Shown: in pieces, positions 58,265 through 64,000 of the stretch
Numbering within the stretch: position 1 is the first letter of the stretch
How the letters are laid out: each line of letters begins with the position of its first letter
Assembly (NCBI GenBank): GCA_965219455.1
Contig: OZ244744.1
Span: 3,680,001 to 3,744,000, forward strand
DNA: 64,000 bases
Source of the DNA: Candidatus Latescibacterota bacterium
Lineage (GTDB): Bacteria > Latescibacterota > UBA2968 > GCA-2709665
Direction: 5' to 3'
The notes under the pieces: generated by a model
What the model saw: the letters and a program-made list of their open reading frames with translations, nothing else
Told to the model about the DNA's origin: nothing
The model's database searches: none
Translations under genes and position numbers: made by a program

Positions 58265-58609
58265 TCAAGTTTCCGCCTCTGCGGCCTTCTCCTCTTCCTG
58301 GTTGTTGCCGGCTTTCAGATTCTTCAGATGGGCCTCCCGCTCCTGTAGCAGATTTTCCAGTTCGTTGATTCTACGCACCAGATCCTGTACGTCGTCTGTT
58401 TGGGCGACGCCACCTTCGTTACCTTCGGACACGTGGGCATAGACCGCGCCACCCAGTTCGGTAAACGCTTCGTGTATGGCATGGCGGGCTCCGGCGATAT
58501 CGAGCCTGGCGCGACCGATTCTCCCGAGGTATTCGGCCTTGTGGGCGGCCGTTGCGGCGCTGTCGATGATCCCTTTCTTAATGCGTTCCCAAAGCGTGTC
58601 GGTATTCAT
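58265..58609 (-). CDS. Small helical/coiled-coil hypothetical protein
   Basis: 114-aa ORF with SD aaggaga in operon orientation; ELGGAVY motif followed by a coiled coil. Confidence 0.75.
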   Translation of the reverse strand: MNTDTLWERIKKGIIDSAATAAHKAEYLGRIGRARLDIAGARHAIHEAFTELGGAVYAHVSEGNEGGVAQTDDVQDLVRRINELENLLQEREAHLKNLKAGNNQEEEKAAEAET

Positions 58610-58626
58610 CCCTGTCTCCTTCGACG

Positions 58627-59076
58627 CTACTCGTCGGCGTTGGCATCCGCACTGTGGATCGCCTGGATTAATTGTTCCCGTGTGGCTCGGGAAATCTCGC
58701 GACCCCTGATGGACAGGCCGGGTGTTTGTCTCGCCAGGCGTCGGAGCTGTACAACCGAGAGACCGCCGAGGTCCGGATTTTCAGGGGACTCGGGTTTCGA
58801 GCCGTTTAATTCGAACACGTCTACCAGATCGTCGTGAGGGTTTGGAATGACGTGTCTGGATACGAGCTGGCCGACCTGTTCTGCGGCCTGAGCGCCCGCC
58901 TGTACGGCGGCCTGAACGGCACCGACGTCGCCCAGGATTCGAATGGAAACCAGGCCGCCCTCTATCTTTTCGACACCCGCGAGTTCGACGGCGGCTGCCT
59001 TCACGGCTGCGTCCGCCGCTTCAACGACGCCCGTGAATCCGCGAGTTTCGATTAGACCTAACGCGTTTTTTGCCAT
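58627..59076 (-). CDS. BMC-H hexameric shell protein with a C-terminal Rho-N-like helical extension
   Basis: ALGLIETRG...EAADAAVKAA.V...GDVGAVQAAV...HVIPNPH; tail LSVVQLRRLAR...GREISRATREQLI. Confidence 0.92.
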   Translation of the reverse strand: MAKNALGLIETRGFTGVVEAADAAVKAAAVELAGVEKIEGGLVSIRILGDVGAVQAAVQAGAQAAEQVGQLVSRHVIPNPHDDLVDVFELNGSKPESPENPDLGGLSVVQLRRLARQTPGLSIRGREISRATREQLIQAIHSADANADE

Positions 59077-59335
59077 CGTGGGACCCGGAGTATGGAATGT
59101 GCAAACATTAAAACGGCCATTCCAGTTGCACTGATGCACTCGGAGTGGCCGCCTTCGATCAACTTAGCAGATGAAGTAGGGGGATGTTCATCAGGACCAT
59201 TCGGTATAGAAACGGGCAAGCGCCTTGGTTGCATTTTATACCAACAATAAAGATAAGGAAATTGTCCGTTTGTGTCACGTATTTTTTAAGCTACGACGAG
59301 GCTTTGTAGAAATTAAAGCAATAAATTACAGGGTG

Positions 59336-60760
59336 TTATCTAAAAAAGTCCTGCGACCAATTATACCGGCTCGCACCTTTTTCCGTGCCAAACCAGACGT
59401 AATCGTCCTGGAGGAGTACGGCCTGCGTGCGGTCGTCGATCAGACCGTTCGCTTGCGTGTAGCGATTCCAGAGTCCGGTGGAAATCTCGAAACGAAACGC
59501 GCCCAGGTCGGTACCCAGCCATACGCGGCTGGTATCGGCCGCAATCGCAACGTGCCGGTTTCCGTGTACCTCGGCAAGCGCGAATCGTTGCCATACCGTG
59601 TCGGGTGCGGCCAGATGAATGAGCGTCGACGGCGATTCAACGGTCGCCCAAACTTCATTTTCGCAGGTGGCCAGCCCGTTGATGGGACGGGACGTGAGTC
59701 CGCCGGGGCTTCGGACGGGCGTCCAGGTCACGTCGTCGATGTGACAGCGAAAGAGGCCCATATGGGTGCCTGCCCAGATATGGTCGGTGCCCGCGGCCAT
59801 GGCTTGAATGGAAAATCCCTCACTGCCGTCGACCCATCGAATGGTGTCGGCCATCGTATCGAACACGGCCAGTCCCGCCGGTGTGCCAATCCAGAGCCGG
59901 GTATCCGCTCTGACCATGGCGGTGACCTGACGTCGGTGGGGCAAGCGATACGTCATCCACTGACCTGTGTGACGTACATATCGGATAAGGCCGTTCCAGG
60001 CGCCGAACCAGACCGCCGTGCTGTCCGGCAGAATGGCGGTAACGCGGGCCTCGTCCAGACCCATTATGTCCTCCGGTTTGAAGTATTCCCACGTCTGGGT
60101 TGAAAGATGGTACCGCGTTATTCCCTGTTCCCGTATGCCATAGACGCCTCTGCCCCCAAACCAGATGCTATCTCCGTCTCTGGCCATGGCGGTTATATTT
60201 TCGTCGAGAGGACCGAATGCGTGGAATTCGAGTTGCCGGTCTGTCATATTCGCCTTGCCGACGCCCAGCCCGGCGATTCCGATCCACAGGGTCTGCCACG
60301 TGTCCATCAGCGTGTCCGTTATGGGATAGCTCCTTCGCGGACCCCGAATCCAGCCGTCAACCAGGAAGTGGCCAAACGGCAAATAGATGGGCGGAATTGG
60401 CGCTGGCGGACGACGCGGGGGTGGGTCGTCGCCGAAAAAAGTAACGGTTTCGAGCCGGGTGAGCCAGCGGGCGGCGCCGGACGGCGTGTCCAGCCAGAGT
60501 TCGCCGGTATTGGCATCGTAGGCCATGGCGCGAATGCGGTGGTCGGGCAGGCCGTCCAGGACGGTTAGCGGCCTGTGCCAGCGTTCGCCGTAAATATCGT
60601 AACGCCGGATGCCGTTCCGGGTGCCCACGTAGATATACTGGCTGCCTTCGGCCAGAGACGTAACCGAGTTCATGTTGGGAAAGGCGGTCCAGAGTTCCCG
60701 ATCGAAAGCGGGAAGGGGTTCGGAGAGCAGGAGCAGCAGCGTGCTGAAAAGGGATATCAT
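59336..60760 (-). CDS. Exported beta-propeller protein (two-component regulator propeller-like repeats)
   Basis: Repeated (I/V/L)W(F/I/L)GT..G motifs, DGLPD, NGLIDD; signal peptide. Confidence 0.8.
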   Translation of the reverse strand: MISLFSTLLLLLSEPLPAFDRELWTAFPNMNSVTSLAEGSQYIYVGTRNGIRRYDIYGERWHRPLTVLDGLPDHRIRAMAYDANTGELWLDTPSGAARWLTRLETVTFFGDDPPPRRPPAPIPPIYLPFGHFLVDGWIRGPRRSYPITDTLMDTWQTLWIGIAGLGVGKANMTDRQLEFHAFGPLDENITAMARDGDSIWFGGRGVYGIREQGITRYHLSTQTWEYFKPEDIMGLDEARVTAILPDSTAVWFGAWNGLIRYVRHTGQWMTYRLPHRRQVTAMVRADTRLWIGTPAGLAVFDTMADTIRWVDGSEGFSIQAMAAGTDHIWAGTHMGLFRCHIDDVTWTPVRSPGGLTSRPINGLATCENEVWATVESPSTLIHLAAPDTVWQRFALAEVHGNRHVAIAADTSRVWLGTDLGAFRFEISTGLWNRYTQANGLIDDRTQAVLLQDDYVWFGTEKGASRYNWSQDFFR

Positions 60761-60779
60761 GGGTTCGAGGATCTGTGCG

Positions 60780-61970
60780 CTACGACAGACTTCTGAGGAA
60801 GGCCGCGGTTTCCCGGGCGACGATGATTTCTTCGTTGGTGGTCACAATCAGGGTTTTTACGGCGCTTTCGGACGCGGAGATCAGCCGTTCCGGATGCCCT
60901 GAGCGGTTCTTTTCGGGGTCCAGTTGAATGCCCAGAAATTCCAGACCGTGGCAGATGCGCCGCCGAATGTGAACACCACGTTCGCCGATGCCTCCCGCAA
61001 AGGCAAGCGCGTCGACCCCGCCAAGCGCCGCAGCCATTGCGCCAATTGCTGTCTTCACACCGTAACAGAAAGTCTCGACGGCCAGTTTTGCCCGTCGATT
61101 GCCGGCGGTGGCGGCCGCTTCCAGGTCGCGTACGTCGCCGCTGACGCCGGATATGCCGAGCAGGCCGCTTTCCGTGGTGAGAATGCGCCGGATGTCGTCC
61201 GTTGAGAGGTTTTCGCGGTCCATGATAAATGGAATGATGAAAGGGTCTATGGCGCCGTTCCGGCTGCCGTTGATAATACCGTCCTGGGCGGAAAATCCCA
61301 TCGTCGTGTCGATGGACCGCCCGTCCTTTATGGCGCACAGAGATGCGCTGCCGCCAAGGTGGCAGGAGATCAGGTTTAACCCCTCGGCCGGCCGGTCGAG
61401 GAGCCGGGGCGCCCTTTCGGAGATGTAACGGTGGGAGGCGCCGTGGAAGCCGTATTTACGCACGCCGTAGGTTTCGTACCAGGCGAAGGGTACGCTGTAG
61501 GTATACGCATAATCGGGAATGGTGGTGTGGAAGGCAGGCTCGAACAGACCGACCAGCGGAAGACCCGGGTACAATGCATGGAAGATCCGGATGGCCTGGA
61601 TGTACGGCGGGTTGTGGGCAGGCGCGAGTTCGTTGTAGTCGGCCATGCGCTCGAGAATCCCGTCGTCCAGCATGTAGATCCCGGGTTCTCCACGGAGGTG
61701 TACGGTCTTGAACCCCACGGCATCCAGGTCGGAGGCCCCCCGGTGGCCGCCCGCCCCGTTGAGGGCATCCATTACGTTCCGGATCGCAGAGGGGTAATCG
61801 GGCAGCGCGCAGGTGGATCGGGTTTCCGACCGGCCGACGCGATGTTCAACCGGACACTGTGCGCCGCCGATACGCTCGAGGCGTCCCTCGGCGAGCACCG
61901 TCTCGTCCGTCATATCGAAGAGTTTGTACTTGAAGGACGTACTGCCTACGTTGGCGACGAGGATTTTCAT
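60780..61970 (-). CDS. ackA: Acetate/propionate kinase
   Basis: ANVGSTSFKY, LAPAHNPP, RKYGFHGASH, CHLGGSAS, SGLLGISG, FAGGIGE, TNEE. Confidence 0.95.
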   Translation of the reverse strand: MKILVANVGSTSFKYKLFDMTDETVLAEGRLERIGGAQCPVEHRVGRSETRSTCALPDYPSAIRNVMDALNGAGGHRGASDLDAVGFKTVHLRGEPGIYMLDDGILERMADYNELAPAHNPPYIQAIRIFHALYPGLPLVGLFEPAFHTTIPDYAYTYSVPFAWYETYGVRKYGFHGASHRYISERAPRLLDRPAEGLNLISCHLGGSASLCAIKDGRSIDTTMGFSAQDGIINGSRNGAIDPFIIPFIMDRENLSTDDIRRILTTESGLLGISGVSGDVRDLEAAATAGNRRAKLAVETFCYGVKTAIGAMAAALGGVDALAFAGGIGERGVHIRRRICHGLEFLGIQLDPEKNRSGHPERLISASESAVKTLIVTTNEEIIVARETAAFLRSLS

Positions 61971-62054
61971 AGGCGGCGGGAGTCGGGTGTCGCGGTCTGG
62001 CGTTCTGTCCCGGAAATAGATTGCCGAATGGTGACATAATTGTGGGACAGGAAA

Positions 62055-62882
62055 CTAATCGTTATTTTCTTTGTGGAGTTCGTGCATCACCTTGCGGGTG
62101 ATTTCGGTGACCAGATCGTCATCCGGCGGCGGGATGTCACCGGAAGGGGTCGAGGCGCTGCGCGTGCGAAGGGTGGGGATTTGCGAATTGGCAGCGACGG
62201 GCCTGGACGGCGCCTCTCCGACGACGCACGCGGGATCCGGGCCCCGGATGCCCAGGCGTTTGCGGATCTGGAGGAGTTTGTCAACCTGGTCCTGGTTCAG
62301 TACATTTGCGCCGCCCAACTGACGCGCGACAAACAGAATTCGCGCGAAATGTTCCAGGGTTTCCATTTTGAAATATGCATTCATCACGTCGGAACCCACG
62401 GTGGTAGCGCCGTGATTCTCAAGCAGATAGGCGTCGTAGTCCGTGACGTATTTTCGAATCGGTTCGGAAATTTCCGGCCCCCCTGGCGTGCCGTAGTCCG
62501 CGGTGGGGATCGATCCGAGTGTGATCACGACTTCGGGCAGTACGCAATCGGTGAGCGGCATTCCGGCAACGGAGAATCCAGTGGCCGTGGGCGGATGCGC
62601 ATGGACAACCGCCTTGACGTCGGGCCTCTCCCTGTAGAGAAACAGATGCATGCCAATTTCGGAGGAAGGGCTCAGGCGGCCGCTTATCTTCCTGCCTTCC
62701 ATATCGCAGACGCACAGATCCTCGACGGATAGGGTCCCTTTGCATAGGCCGCTGGGTGTTACAATCAGCCGGCCTTCATCGAAACGGGCGGAGATGTTGC
62801 CGTCGCTCGAGACGATATATCCTTTGTCGTAGAGCCTGCGTCCGGCTTCCACGATATCCAGTTTTGCCTGATGGAGTGTCAT
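62055..62882 (-). CDS. Class II aldolase (fuculose/rhamnulose-phosphate aldolase-like) with a C-terminal encapsulation peptide
   Basis: DGNIS, TPSG, SSEIGMH, VVHAHPP, LENHG; C-terminal DDLVTEITRKVMHEL after a Pro/Ser linker. Confidence 0.92.
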   Translation of the reverse strand: MTLHQAKLDIVEAGRRLYDKGYIVSSDGNISARFDEGRLIVTPSGLCKGTLSVEDLCVCDMEGRKISGRLSPSSEIGMHLFLYRERPDVKAVVHAHPPTATGFSVAGMPLTDCVLPEVVITLGSIPTADYGTPGGPEISEPIRKYVTDYDAYLLENHGATTVGSDVMNAYFKMETLEHFARILFVARQLGGANVLNQDQVDKLLQIRKRLGIRGPDPACVVGEAPSRPVAANSQIPTLRTRSASTPSGDIPPPDDDLVTEITRKVMHELHKENND

Positions 62883-62939
62883 GATGAGGTGACCTGGAAG
62901 TGATCCTCAAGGGGGACAGTGGTGGATGCCCGCCCAGTT

Positions 62940-63218
62940 TTACGTCTGCGGCTCACAGACGACCTGATCCACGATGCCTACGATAACGGAGCGGATGGGC
63001 GGCCGATCCACCCCCAGTACCTGCGCAGCCGCAACGCCCTGGCGGAGAACGAGGACGGTTTCGCCGGCGCCCGCGCCGGCGGTGTCGATGGCAAGCAAGG
63101 TGTCGCCGCCGGCGTTGCCGTCTGGCTGAACAGGTTGAACCACCATAAGTTTAGCGGCTTGGTAGGCCGGATGTTTCAGTGTGGAAACAACGCTGCCGAG
63201 CACGCGGGCTAGAATCAT
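62940..63218 (-). CDS. EutN/CcmL family BMC-P vertex protein
   Basis: MILARVLGSVVSTLKH..., AIDTAGAGAGETVL, IVGIVD. Confidence 0.93.
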   Translation of the reverse strand: MILARVLGSVVSTLKHPAYQAAKLMVVQPVQPDGNAGGDTLLAIDTAGAGAGETVLVLRQGVAAAQVLGVDRPPIRSVIVGIVDQVVCEPQT

Positions 63219-63268
63219 GAGAACCGGGAATTGGAGATGAACCGGAGAACTGCATCCGGTTTCGGGCT

Positions 63269-63541
63269 TTATTCGTTCCGGATATCGATCCGGTCGGCGA
63301 TGCCGACGATGGCGGCGTCTACAGGTCCGTATTTTTCCGGCAGGGCATTGGGCGCTTCCCTCGCGCAGACCCAATAGACGGTCTCACCCTGGCCTGCGCT
63401 GACGACGTCGGCGGCCACCAGCGTATCGCCGAGATCGTTCCGACGGTGGTCCATGGGCTGGAGAACGAGCAGCCGGATGCCGGTCAGCGACGGGTCTTTC
63501 GCTGTGGCTACGATTTTTCCGATGACGAGACCGAGTTGCAT
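63269..63541 (-). CDS. EutN/CcmL family BMC-P vertex protein
   Basis: MQLGLVIGKIVATAKD..., AADVVSAGQGETV, DAAIVGIAD. Confidence 0.93.
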   Translation of the reverse strand: MQLGLVIGKIVATAKDPSLTGIRLLVLQPMDHRRNDLGDTLVAADVVSAGQGETVYWVCAREAPNALPEKYGPVDAAIVGIADRIDIRNE

Positions 63542-63605
63542 GGGATCCGGGTCGTTGAAAGTGAATCGTAAGAAAGGGGCTTGCCAATCCGGCGGTCGCC
63601 GGCGT

Positions 63606-64000
63606 TCAGACGATCCTGAAATAGTCGACCAGCGTGCAGCGGCGCTGCCGCGTGAAAGTTCTGGCCGAGGTGCAACCTTCGCCGGTGGGTGTGGCGATGG
63701 AGAACGAGGTGTACCCTTCGCCGCCGGCGCCCACGCCTGCGGTGGACGGGCCGTTCTTGATAAAGAGACTGCAGCGGCAGGCCCGCGCCATGTTGGTCAT
63801 GTTTTCGACGTTCTTGGAGTGCATGACAGTTGTGTGGCGATAACCACGTTCGGCCTTCACGGCCCATTCGATCCCGGTGTTGACGTCGGGTACCCGGACG
63901 AACGGAATGAAGGGCATCATCTGTTCGTTCTGCGTGAAGGGGTGCTCGGCTTCCACCTCTCCGATCAGCAACTCGGTTTCCGGCGGTACGTTCAGGCCAA
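63606..64000 (-). CDS. CoA-acylating aldehyde dehydrogenase (EutE/PduP-like), 3' part; runs off the window
   Basis: EQMMPFIPFVRV, HTTVMHSKN, KNGPSTAGVGAGGEGYTSFSIATPTGEG, FTRQRRC; frame open to the window edge. Confidence 0.93.
   Translation of the reverse strand, partial: GLNVPPETELLIGEVEAEHPFTQNEQMMPFIPFVRVPDVNTGIEWAVKAERGYRHTTVMHSKNVENMTNMARACRCSLFIKNGPSTAGVGAGGEGYTSFSIATPTGEGCTSARTFTRQRRCTLVDYFRIV

Overview
High-GC bacterial genomic DNA. The short FCB-type RpoD, DUF6785-like membrane protein, DUF2723 glycosyltransferase, microcompartment locus and many secreted proteins with a C-terminal double EF-hand tag suggest an FCB-superphylum organism such as Ca. Latescibacterota, possibly a marine-invertebrate symbiont (inference). 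Layout: (1) 0.6-19.3 kb, + strand catabolic/modification genes: two BHMT-like methyltransferases, two Gfo/Idh/MocA oxidoreductases, an FG-GAP protein, a DUF6785-like membrane protein, an S8+zincin dual protease, a DegT aminotransferase, a deacetylase-like protein, a nucleotidyltransferase-like protein and a beta-propeller. (2) 19.3-22.8 kb, a toxin-antitoxin accretion zone (HigA remnants, HicB/HicA, AAA ATPase, MntA/HepT) bracketed by a diverged duplication of the propeller gene's 3' end. (3) 22.9-36.9 kb, a tandem array of six secreted WD40-repeat proteins, all ending in the same dockerin-like EF-hand tag, with variable surface positions and DNA-level signs of segment exchange; this is the best candidate for an undescribed system. 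(4) 37-46 kb, a cadherin-like protein, deacetylases, amidohydrolases (one apparently starting at ATT), AraD1 and heparinase II/III. (5) 46.6-58.6 kb, envelope and housekeeping genes (PpiD, M23, rhomboid, DUF2723, RpoD, DegP) with a MITE. (6) 58.6-64 kb, the 3' part of a catabolic microcompartment locus. No rRNA, tRNA, CRISPR array, integrase, transposase or reverse transcriptase was recognised. All family calls come from motif reading, not database searches.
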